64,000 nt of DNA from a virus. Lineage: Duplodnaviria; Caudoviricetes. The DNA lies in IMG/VR virus record IMGVR_UViG_3300028533_000484, positions 1 through 64,000 of that record. One strand, given 5' to 3'. The notes under the pieces were generated by a model. It was given only the letters and a program-made list of their open reading frames with translations. It searched no databases and was not told where the DNA came from. The position numbers and the translations under genes were made by a program. Shown here piece by piece: positions 34,242 to 43,199 of this stretch. Numbering within the stretch: position 1 is the first letter of the stretch; the number at the start of each line of letters is the position of its first letter.

Positions 34242-34565
34242 ATGAAAAAGATTATTTTTATTTTGATAGTAGCTACATCAATCGTTTTCACAGCTTGCAA
34301 TGCAGCTACAGAGGTTAGGATTCTTTCAGCAGATGGAGTTGAGTCATCGACAACTTATACTTTTACTGATTTTTTCAATCCTGAGGAACTTGTACATGTT
34401 GATAATGATAATACATCTATGGCAATTGTGATGGATAAAAATACAGGTATACTTTATATTCAGAAACACACTGGTTATCAGTTTGGCATATCTCCTATAT
34501 ACGATTCAGATGGTTCAGTTTTGACAAAAGAAAAATGGCTTGCAAAGCGCGCTAAAAAGGAGTAA
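34242..34565 (+). CDS. Putative lipoprotein (DUF6440-like)
   Basis: MKK, hydrophobic stretch, FTAC lipobox; DKNTGILY motif. Confidence 0.6.
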   Translation: MKKIIFILIVATSIVFTACNAATEVRILSADGVESSTTYTFTDFFNPEELVHVDNDNTSMAIVMDKNTGILYIQKHTGYQFGISPIYDSDGSVLTKEKWLAKRAKKE

Positions 34566-36626
34566 AGATTATATGAAAAAAGTAAAATATTATACAAACT
34601 ATCCAATTGAGGATCAGAGAAATTTTTTTTGATTTATTGTCAAATGGAACGTATTGTGAAGAAGCCTTGAAACAGTCACACCTTGATAAAAAATGTCTTA
34701 GAGATTATATTTATGAAGATGGTAACGTTGTTTACTCTGACATTGAAAAATGTTGGGAAGAGATTGAAAGTAATCTTTGTGTCAACGACGAGTATCGATT
34801 ACATATTCGCTATGTAGATGCTGTTTACTATGATTACGATCCTTTTGAAGAATTAAACATAACTGCTGAAAAAATTGATAAAGAAACAGATAATAAAAAG
34901 CGCCTTGATTGGATTAAAGAGCAAAAGGAAAAGTTTGACAACGACTTCGAAAAGTTTGCAAACTTTGTTTATACTGAGTATCTAGAAAATAAGTAGGTGA
35001 AAATGAGAAAAGGAAAGATAGAATACTACGCTTGTGGAGACATAAGTGAATATGATTTGGATGATCCAAAAGAGTCAAGCGAATTCTATGAAGAAATTAA
35101 AGAAGCTGGTTCTGCAATAGATAGCACAGAATTTGGTACTTTCGAACAAGAGCTTTATGAAGTTCGCTATCGTGATGAAGAAACTGTAAGACATATCTAT
35201 GCTTATAGTTCCGCAGAAGCTAAATTGTTGGCTCATTTGGATTCTGTTCACAAGGATAAGGAATTTAAAATTGAGGACTATACTGCACATTTCTTTTCGT
35301 TAAAAAGTGCAAAAGGAAGAGATGAGATTATAGGCGATATGGATTTGGATAAGTATCGAGACATGGTCTATGAAGCAGAAGAAAAAGAAGAAGTTTGATT
35401 CTAGAAAATCAGATATTGTTGTCTGGAGGACAAAAACTGAACAATGACGACTAAACAGCTTGATCGGGAAATCGAAGATGTAAAACTATCGGGACAAATA
35501 CTCGTTTCTCGATTTGCAGATATACTTGGAGTTGAAGCAGAAGTCTTAAAAGAAAAGAAAATTGACGATTCCGGTCTTTGCAGGGATAGTGAAATTGCAG
35601 CTTTGGAGGAGTATTTACAGGAGAATGAATAATGTTTGTGATTCAATGTGAGACTAAAACCTTTTTTACAAAAAAGAAGAAAATTCTTTATATAGGCCCT
35701 CTACACAATGTTAAGCGAGTTGAAGAGGCATTAAAATTCAATTCAGAACATCATGCAAACAATCATAGAAGAATTCACAACCTGGATCGTAATATTTGGA
35801 AGGTAAGGAGAATATAAATGGAAGTGGCAGATGATGATTTAGACTTAGATTGGGGTAACATTCCAAATTATGAACAGGAAAATAGAGACTTCCTTAACAG
35901 TGAGCTACCAAGAGATGTTCATTTAAACCCAAATGAACAGGATGTTGAAAAAACCATTTTATATTTTTAGAAATTTCCTGTCGAAAATAACCTATATTAT
36001 TAATGTACAGGAGGAACGAAGATGTATAGCAATTGTTTATTCGAAGCAATTAAAGCAAAAATCAAAGATCCAAAAACTGTACAGATTATTTATTTAAAAG
36101 GTGGATTATTTGGTAAGAAAGCTCACTTTATGTGGAGAAATGGATGTGAAATCTTTCACGCATATAATCCAAAAGGAAGCAGTAATAGATTTATCTACAA
36201 AGTATCTTATAAAAATATTTCTTTTGATTCGTTTGAAGCCTATGTTTTAGATGCAATCAAAAAATTACCTTTTGAAAAACAAATTATCTATGCAAAAAAG
36301 TTGCATCTAAAGTCTATTGAAATTCCAGGAGTATTGAACTGGACAAATCTAATTAAAGACTCTGATCCAGATTTTTCAAATGTTCCAAAAAAAGAAGATT
36401 TTTATTATCTGACTAAGATTCTTAGAAGTGAACCTCTTATTAAAGTATTAATTAACAGAAAAATAAAAACATTAACTTTTGATGAATTGATTAGTTGTGA
36501 AAAAATTATCCAATGGAAATATGTTACTCCGTTTGATAATGATTATACTACAATTAATGGTTGGAATAGAAACAGAGAAATTTTCAAAGAAATCCAATAA
36601 AATTTTCTATCTCTAGAATTATTATT

Positions 36627-36989
36627 CTATTCATCAGTATTATTTACAATCCGAATATTTTGACCTTCAATGTCGCCCTTTTCAATTCGCCTTTGGAAAA
36701 AAGCACTATTGCGTGCTTCTTCTACACTTCCAAATGTCATTAGTTCTTCACCACCTAAGTTACCATTGACATTTACGGTAATCCAACTATTGTCTCTAAA
36801 AGATTGAATAGTTACTTCTGTTGCGGAATCAATAGCACTAGCTTCCTTCAATCCTAATTCTGTTTCAACCAAATCCAAAGTTTCATCAAGTTCTTTTTCA
36901 GCCTCAAATAGCTTTACTTTGGCAATTCTAACTTTCTTTTCTGCTTCTTCAATTTTATGTAATTTTTCGTCGTAAATGTTCATAAACAT
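36627..36989 (-). CDS. Hypothetical late protein with LKEA motif
   Basis: Isolated minus-strand gene with upstream ACTAAAT box and AGGAG RBS. Confidence 0.45.
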   Translation of the reverse strand: MFMNIYDEKLHKIEEAEKKVRIAKVKLFEAEKELDETLDLVETELGLKEASAIDSATEVTIQSFRDNSWITVNVNGNLGGEELMTFGSVEEARNSAFFQRRIEKGDIEGQNIRIVNNTDE

Positions 36990-38721
36990 CTCCTTGAAAA
37001 TATTTAGTTTGGTTTTCTATAATATATATAAAAGTTGTAAAGTATTAAAGAATATGATTTTAAGCAGGAGTATGAATAATGAGAGATATTAATAAGCTAA
37101 AAGAGCTAAGTGAAACAAAAAACGATTTAACTCTTATTATTTTCTTTACATTTCTTGCAGGAACTCTTTTTGGTGCATTCGGAATATTATGTGAAGAATA
37201 TTTATGGAATCCAAATCCTAAAGAAGGTACTGTCGGATGTTTCATAGTTTTACTTTTATTTGTATTTGGTTTTCTTTTTATTGTAAAAGCTTTGAGTAAA
37301 AAACTGGTCAAGAAAGTAAAAAAAGGAATCTCTTAAAGAGAGTTAGGATAGGAGGACATATGGTTAGTACAGAGCTTGTTGCAATAGCAATTTTGTGCGT
37401 CGGATGCATTGGTTTGTTTTATTTATTTGGTATTGATGATGAAGATTCTGAATTGAAAAAGAAGGAGAATTAATATGAAAGATTCTGTTGCAGAGTCTGT
37501 AATGACTGTAAAATATTGGGTAGAAGGAGAACCTAAAATCGTTCAAGCAGTTACAGCTATTAGACGTGATAGTAAAACTGGTGAATTCATTATTGATACA
37601 ATTTTTGATGAGATCCGAATTCCTTACAAAAAGTTTGAAACAGTAATCGAAGTTTCTTAAAACAAGGAGGATTTAATGTTTAAAGTTTTCATTGGTTATT
37701 TGTTTGGCACATTCTCAACTCTCCTTACAATTGCAGTACTTTTATCTGGAAGAACAAAACTTGCCATTATCATAGATGTTCTAGCACTTGTAGTACTCTT
37801 TTTAGGTGCTCGCAGATACAACGTAAAGAAACATATGGAATTGGAAAATGATATGTAAATTAATTTGTAAGCTTTCAAACAGTTTTGAAAAGATAATTTA
37901 CCGAAGAGTAAAAAAGAAGCTTAATAGTATGATTGGAACGGAGTTACATTTTGATAGAGGAATTCGTCACATTGTAAAGGTTGAATCCTTCTTCAGTTTC
38001 CTTACAAATAGTAAAAATCTTACAATTAAGTTTTGTACAGAAGATGATTATTTTTATTTTACCTATTCATACAGTCTTAAAACAGTTTTTAGACTTTTAA
38101 AGGTAAAAGGTGTAAAAGGATACACAAGAGGAGATAATGAACAGGATTATCTAGAATTTGTGTAGAAGGAGATTTAAAGTGATAAGATTCATTGCATTAG
38201 ATACAGAATATACGTTTAAATGGGAATTTGAGGAAAGTCATGCTAGCTATAGACATGGAGATACATACAAATGTACACACTATGTTGTAGCAAAGCTTAA
38301 AGGTGACGAGCTCATAGATTGGCTTCAGTTATATGGTTTAACTCCTGATAAGATGTTCAAGAAAACAAATCCTTTTAAAGATCTTTGGTTCGGTGAGAAC
38401 GATAAAGAAAAGGATATCGATACATATAGATTAAACAAAGCTGCAGAAGAATGGTCTAAACAAAACGCAGATGTTGTTGAAAAAAATCCTTGGACTGTTG
38501 TTGGAATGAACGGCGGATATGTTCTAATATCAAACGGTTCGAAAGAAAATACAGTTGAGCTTGGAAGTGCATCTGTAGTGAATTTAGAAATGAACAATAG
38601 TAATACAAACACTATTAGAAACAATCCAAACATTTCTGTAAGGGCTCAGGCAAGTTTGATTTAAAAAAATAACGAAGTTACCTATAATTTAGAGTACAGT
38701 AATTTAAAGGAGAAAGAAATA

Positions 38722-39285
38722 ATGATTAATGTTAGAGAAAGCGTTTTTGAGACAAACAGCTCAACTTGCCATTCCTTAACACTTGTATCGGATCAGACTT
38801 ACAAAGACTGGGTAGCTGAAAAAACAATTTTCAGTGAAGATACAGGAAGTTTTATTGAATTTGATAAACTTTTTGACACATGTTTAGCTGAAGCAACAGA
38901 GGATTACGAGAAGCGTAAAGGTAAAAAAGAGCCAAGTGAATACGATCGTAAGAAGCTTCATGTACTTGAATACGTTATTAATCATGCCGAGAAAGAGAGT
39001 TTTGACGAAGCTGTTAGGACTCTTTTGAAAGATCACGATGGTAGAATTTTATCAGGCATGGTAAACGAAGATGATGAGGAAATTGGTTTAGAATATTCAG
39101 AAACAGCTAACTATGAAAATGCAACTGCTGAGGACATCGCAATGGAGCTTCTGTATACATTCTCTGATGGACTTTTATGTACAGAAGAAGGTTATTACAA
39201 CAACGATGACTATGAAACATATCACACTTATCGAGAGATTGACAATGTAATGGTACATGCTTTTGGATACTACAGCGGTTGTTAG
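38722..39285 (+). CDS. Phage protein of the FETNSS N-terminal motif type
   Basis: VRESVFETNSSTCHSL. Confidence 0.5.
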   Translation: MINVRESVFETNSSTCHSLTLVSDQTYKDWVAEKTIFSEDTGSFIEFDKLFDTCLAEATEDYEKRKGKKEPSEYDRKKLHVLEYVINHAEKESFDEAVRTLLKDHDGRILSGMVNEDDEEIGLEYSETANYENATAEDIAMELLYTFSDGLLCTEEGYYNNDDYETYHTYREIDNVMVHAFGYYSGC

Positions 39286-39774
39286 TGAGTATAATTGACT
39301 TTTAAAAAGCGTTGTAATTACATTATTGGAGATTGATCTTGGACTTTATTAATTTCTTAAAAGAGCATACCAGTTTAGAGGATTACAGAGTCTCTGACTT
39401 TGAAGGGACTTTTGAATTTAAAACCATCGATTCTAACAAAAACTATGCTTGTCCTTTTTGTAAAAAGACTTTAGGTAAAGCTTTTACTGAAGATCTCAGT
39501 TTCAAACACTTTAAAGACGAGTTTTCAAAAGAATGCGATTGTGAAAAGTGGAAACTTCGAAAAGAAAAATATAAGCAATGTTTGGAGTTAGTTGAGCAGT
39601 TACAGGATTTAGAAAATAAGTTGGAAGAGATCATTCAGACTACAAAGATTGAAAATCTGGAAGCAGTTGTGCCTACTCTGAAAGATATATATTTAGGATC
39701 CTTAAACGATAAAGCAGCTGAATTTGATAGGGCTTTTAAAAAATATTTAGATCTACAAAATCTAAGGAGCAATT

Positions 39775-40500
39775 GTGAAAGTAGAAATTGAAATGAAAGC
39801 AAAAGTAAACGATTCTCAAATCGATAAGTTGCTTTGGTATTTTAACAATGAAACAACATATCTAGCAAAAAAGGATACATATTTTTCGTTTGGAGGAATA
39901 GCTCCAAAGAAGCCAAAGAGTATTATCCGTATTAGAAAGGAAGAGGAAATAAACGCTTACAAACTTTTAGAAGTATTTGGCGGAGTATCTAATGGTTTAA
40001 ACTATCCAAACATTAATTCAATTCTAAAAAGTTTTACTATACTGTTTGAGGCTAAAAAAATGTTAAGCTTCGATCCTAGTAAGAAAAGCTCTTGGCTTAC
40101 GGTAAAGGTAAAAAACACAAATCTAGAAGGAATTGAAACAAACGAAGAAACAGAAGGTCAACTATCTGAGGATACGGAAAAAGCATTTCGTGAGTCTATG
40201 AGCATTGCAAACTTCAAACCATACTTTACAAAGCTTAAGCAGTCCTTCTCTTTCTATGTACAAAATAAAGATAAGGATAAAAACAATTTTGAAATGCATG
40301 CGGAACTAGTTTCTGTAGATGGTATAGGACCTTATCTTGAAATTGAATCGGTTGTAAAAGAAAAAGATGCGGCAGAAGCTAGAGACCAAATTAGATGGTT
40401 TTTCGAGTATGAATTAGGTATTACAGACTTCGATGGACGTAGTTGGTCTGATATTGTAGAGGAGAGTTACAATGGCGATAAGCAAGAAGACGTTTTGTGA
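39775..40500 (+). CDS. CYTH-domain protein (class IV adenylyl cyclase/triphosphate tunnel enzyme-like)
   Basis: EIEMK (ExExK), DTYF, IRIR, LTVK and GPYLEIE motifs. Confidence 0.8.
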   Translation: MKVEIEMKAKVNDSQIDKLLWYFNNETTYLAKKDTYFSFGGIAPKKPKSIIRIRKEEEINAYKLLEVFGGVSNGLNYPNINSILKSFTILFEAKKMLSFDPSKKSSWLTVKVKNTNLEGIETNEETEGQLSEDTEKAFRESMSIANFKPYFTKLKQSFSFYVQNKDKDKNNFEMHAELVSVDGIGPYLEIESVVKEKDAAEARDQIRWFFEYELGITDFDGRSWSDIVEESYNGDKQEDVL

Positions 40501-41194
40501 GAGAGTAGAAATAATTAAAGCTGCTGATAAAAAACTAAAGGATGCTATCGAGACAGTTTTTGAAAAAAATCCTTTTTTAGATTCAAAAGAGTCATCTGCT
40601 TTTCCTGCGGAATGGATTTACAATATTACAGAAGAGCATCTAAAAACTCTATTCTTGGCAGTTAATGATAAATTAGATACAGTAAAAGTTGCCGAAAACC
40701 AGGATGAAACTTGTAAAGAGTTTGAAGCAAAAATGGAAGAGCTTCGCAAATTAGATACAGTTTTTGCAAATTGTTCTTGGAAGCCAAATAAAGATAAAAC
40801 ATTGCTTGATGCAGAGGTAGAATATTACTATGGTGAATGGAATTTTGCTGGACAAGTTGAACAAAATGGTAAAGAGTATTTTCTAGAGAAGCCTGAGGAT
40901 CTCTACGAATATTTAAAGACTCTTGCACAAGATTAATCTACAATTCTATACTAATTTTATAAAAATACCTTTTATCTTTCGGATGAAAGGTTGCTGTTCT
41001 CGTAAGATGCAGCGTAAAATTGCTTTTATGAAAGCTTTAAGTATTTACAGTGGTTACTTTTAAGTAGCAAAAAGCTTTCAACTTTTTTGAAGTTTTAAGA
41101 AAAGAAACACCTATATTATAAATGTTGATAGTTACAAATAAAGTAACTCGAAACATTTAAGTTCTTTGACACTATTAGGGATAGTTAATTTTTT

Positions 41195-41268
41195 AGGGCT
41201 ATAACTCAGTTGGCTAGAGTGTCAGCTTTGCAAGCTGAAGGTCGTGAGTTCAAATCTCACTAGTTCCA
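41195..41268 (+). tRNA. tRNA-Ala(TGC)
   Basis: Cloverleaf; TCAGC-TT-TGC-AA-GCTGA; G3:U70. Confidence 0.9.
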
Positions 41269-41282
41269 TTTCAAATAAATAA

Positions 41283-41518
41283 TCAGGGTGATATTCAGAA
41301 AACTTCACACTCGTAACAAAGAATCCTAATAAGATTAGGTAGGGCAGGATGGAGATAAATAAGGAAGCGTTGTTCACTTCTCGAAAATTAGCCCGACTCT
41401 TAAATGAGTCACCTTCATCAATTCTATTCAAGGTTGTAAAGCTCGTTAGAGTACCAGGAATAGGAAATCAGTTCAAGTATTACTTGAGCTACTGTAAAGA
41501 CAGAATTACGAACTATCT
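41283..41518 (+). ncRNA. Structured non-coding RNA with partial RNase P RNA-like features
   Basis: Multiple hairpins; AGAAAACTTCACACTC, ACTCGTAAC/GTTAGAGT pairing, GTAAA and AGACAGA motifs; no P4 partner found. Confidence 0.3.
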
Positions 41519-41590
41519 GGTCTGTTCGGCTAGTGGTTAGGCCACAAGGTTTTCATCCTTGTAGCACGGGTTCAATTCCCGTACAGACCT
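41519..41590 (+). tRNA. tRNA-Glu(TTC)
   Basis: Cloverleaf; CAAGG-TT-TTC-AT-CCTTG. Confidence 0.9.
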
Positions 41591-41591
41591 T

Positions 41592-41713
41592 ATCGCAGAA
41601 ATTGTTCCTATTAACTCGGTATCATAAACCAGTAGTCGAGGTTCGAATCCTCGGGTCCCCAATTTCGTGGGGATTTGGTGTAATGGTAGCACGCTATATA
41701 TACAATTCGCGAT
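41592..41713 (+). ncRNA. Stem-motif RNA 1 enclosing a circularly permuted tRNA (CAT anticodon)
   Basis: Order is anticodon arm, T arm (CGAGG-TTCGAAT-CCTCG), loop-closed acceptor (GGTCCCC..GGGGATT), D arm (GTGT..GCAC). Confidence 0.85.
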
Positions 41714-41719
41714 TTTTTT

Positions 41720-41803
41720 GGAAGTATGGATGAATTGGCAAAATCACCAACCTGCTAAGTTGGTTACCTTCGGGTAGTGCGTGGTCGGGACACGCTGCTT
41801 CCG
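41720..41803 (+). tRNA. tRNA-Ser(GCT) with atypical T-loop
   Basis: CCAAC-CT-GCT-AA-GTTGG; long variable arm; T-loop GTCGGGA. Confidence 0.8.
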
Positions 41804-42120
41804 CTAAAGCTAAGCTGTAAAAGTTCCCTACAGATTTAGCAACACTGTTTGACGGTATCAGGTGTAAAAGCTTTACACAAGTCAAAACCGAAAAGAGTAA
41901 TTTGCTTTTCAACTTTGATAAAAACCGGCCTTTCGTAAGCGCTTACGAATAAAAAAGGGAACACCTTTTTTGAATACAGTAATATAGACTTTTCTATATT
42001 GTAAAAAGTTGTGGCTATGCAACTTAAAAAGATACAACACTGCAGGAAGTCAGCTGTTTGACTTTGTTAACGTTGTTACATAGTGTTTGTGAGTTGCTGC
42101 AAACTGCAACTCCTTTTCAA

Positions 42121-42219
42121 CACTGTCTAGCAAAATACAGATAGGCGCGCGCTTATTGCTTATCTAGGATAATGTGCCATTGCGCGATGGAGGTCCAGGT
42201 TCGAGTCCTGGGGCAGTGA
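42121..42219 (+). tRNA. tRNA-like RNA with D-loop hairpin insertion and irregular anticodon arm
   Basis: Acceptor CACTGTC/GGCAGTG; T arm CCAGG-TTCGAGT-CCTGG; inserted helix AGATAGGCG/TGCTTATCT. Confidence 0.65.
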
Positions 42220-42288
42220 AAATCGATACTCGACGGAGTTCGATAGTAGGCGACCCATATCCGACGGGAGTGGTTGAATCGTCGAAGT

Positions 42289-42382
42289 GGCTTATTCGTC
42301 TAAGGTTGAGTAACGTCAACTAAAGGTAAGGACGCTGGTGTATATTCACCGGAAATGGTGAGTTCAATTCTCCCATAAGTTA
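42289..42382 (+). tRNA. tRNA-like RNA (Glu/Asp-type body) with D-loop hairpin insertion and 8-nt anticodon loop
   Basis: Acceptor GGCTTAT/ATAAGTT; D stem GTCT/GGAC with GTTGA/TCAAC insert; CTGGT-GTATATTC-ACCGG. Confidence 0.65.
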
Positions 42383-42391
42383 CATTTTTGT

Positions 42392-42448
42392 AGTGCATAA
42401 GTTGTTCCTATTGTAAAGAATGCTTTTGGTTTTTATACAACTCGCACT
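42392..42448 (+). ncRNA. Stem-motif RNA 2 (no tRNA cargo)
   Basis: AGTGC-ATA-AGTTGT-TCCTATT..AT-ACAACT-C-GCACT around a short loop. Confidence 0.75.
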
Positions 42449-42673
42449 TTTATTTTTAAGCTAAAACGGTCAAATAACATTAGCAAGCAAGACCTGTTGT
42501 CCGTTATCTGAAGGGTCTCTAAACAAGGTGTTAATGTGTATGACAATTTCTAGATCATGTCACGTGGCTTAAGGGATGAGCCCTTCACAAGGAGTAAGAG
42601 TCTCCGGAGTTATAGGATTAGAAATTGTAACGAAACAGCACCCTTTTGACAGAGGTTGTGATAGGACGTTTGT

Positions 42674-42747
42674 GGAGTTATGGAGCAGATGGTTAGCTCA
42701 GGTGACTGTCACTCACCAGGTCACGGGTTCGAGTCCCGTTAACTCCG
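42674..42747 (+). tRNA. tRNA-Asp(GTC)
   Basis: Cloverleaf; GGTGA-CT-GTC-AC-TCACC. Confidence 0.92.
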
Positions 42748-42808
42748 TACAAAAGTAGCATTAGTGGTTGCAAACACGAGGCTATTGTAGGAAATTCGAA
42801 ATTCCTAT

Positions 42809-42972
42809 CGATTATATGGTGTATGGGTGCACAGCCGGCCCGAGTACTTGACAATAAGGCCTGACGATAGCTTACGACCTGCATTAAGCAGACGACGGAG
42901 CGACAATAGGGCCTGACGATAAAGGAAACAGGTCGGCAGGGTGAGTTAAGGTTCGAGTCCTTCGTATAATTG
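42809..42972 (+). ncRNA. tRNA-like RNA whose anticodon arm is a ~100-nt rod
   Basis: Acceptor CGATTATA/TATAATTG; D arm GTGT/GCAC; helix GCCGGCC/GGTCGGC; T arm AAGG-TTCGAGT-CCTT; internal 20-nt direct repeat. Confidence 0.7.
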
Positions 42973-42979
42973 TATTTAC

Positions 42980-43052
42980 AGCGGGATAAAGCAGTTGGCA
43001 GCTTGCGAGCCCCATAAGCTCGATGTCGAAGGTTCGAGTCCTTCTCCCGCCA
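42980..43052 (+). tRNA. tRNA-Met(CAT), initiator-like 1:72 mismatch, C33
   Basis: AGCGGGA/TCCCGCC-A; CGAGC-CC-CAT-AA-GCTCG. Confidence 0.85.
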
Positions 43053-43057
43053 AAACA

Positions 43058-43181
43058 AACGCATAGGTTGTTCCTATTCTCAGAGTTGTCGAGTAGCTCA
43101 ATTTGGTAGAGCACTAGATATCTAATCTAGAGGTTGTGAGTTCGAATCTCACCTCAACGTCCATGATATACAACTCGCGTT
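43058..43181 (+). ncRNA. Stem-motif RNA 3 enclosing a normal-order tRNA
   Basis: AACGC-ATA-GGTTGT-TCCTATT..AT-ACAACT-C-GCGTT. Confidence 0.8.
43087..43163 (+). tRNA. tRNA-Arg(TCT)-like with A33 and encoded CCA, nested in stem-motif RNA 3
   Basis: CTAGA-TA-TCT-AA-TCTAG; GTGAG-TTCGAAT-CTCAC; ends TCCA. Confidence 0.75.
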
Positions 43182-43199
43182 CGATTTTAGAAAATTATT

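Noticed and set aside
40991-41015. TGCTGT-TCTCG..AT-GCAGCG as a sixth copy of the stem motif
   Set aside because: It lacks the outer stem and the single opposing C.
42494-42640. Hammerhead ribozyme (CTGAAGG ... CGAAAC)
   Set aside because: The core deviates from CUGANGA and I could not form stem I.
42809-42972. tmRNA or group I intron-containing tRNA
   Set aside because: No G3:U70 acceptor, tag ORF or pseudoknots; the insert is too short and lacks a group I core.
41222-43114. ORF-track ORFs within the tRNA cluster (41222, 41349, 41533, 41694, 42576, 42693, 42884)
   Set aside because: They overlap tRNAs or structured RNAs and read like shadow translations of tRNA sequence.
43114-43130. Amber suppressor (CTA) reading of the nested tRNA and TAG recoding
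   Set aside because: The 7-nt loop TATCTAA centres on TCT, and TAG ends many genes cleanly, including the capsid gene.
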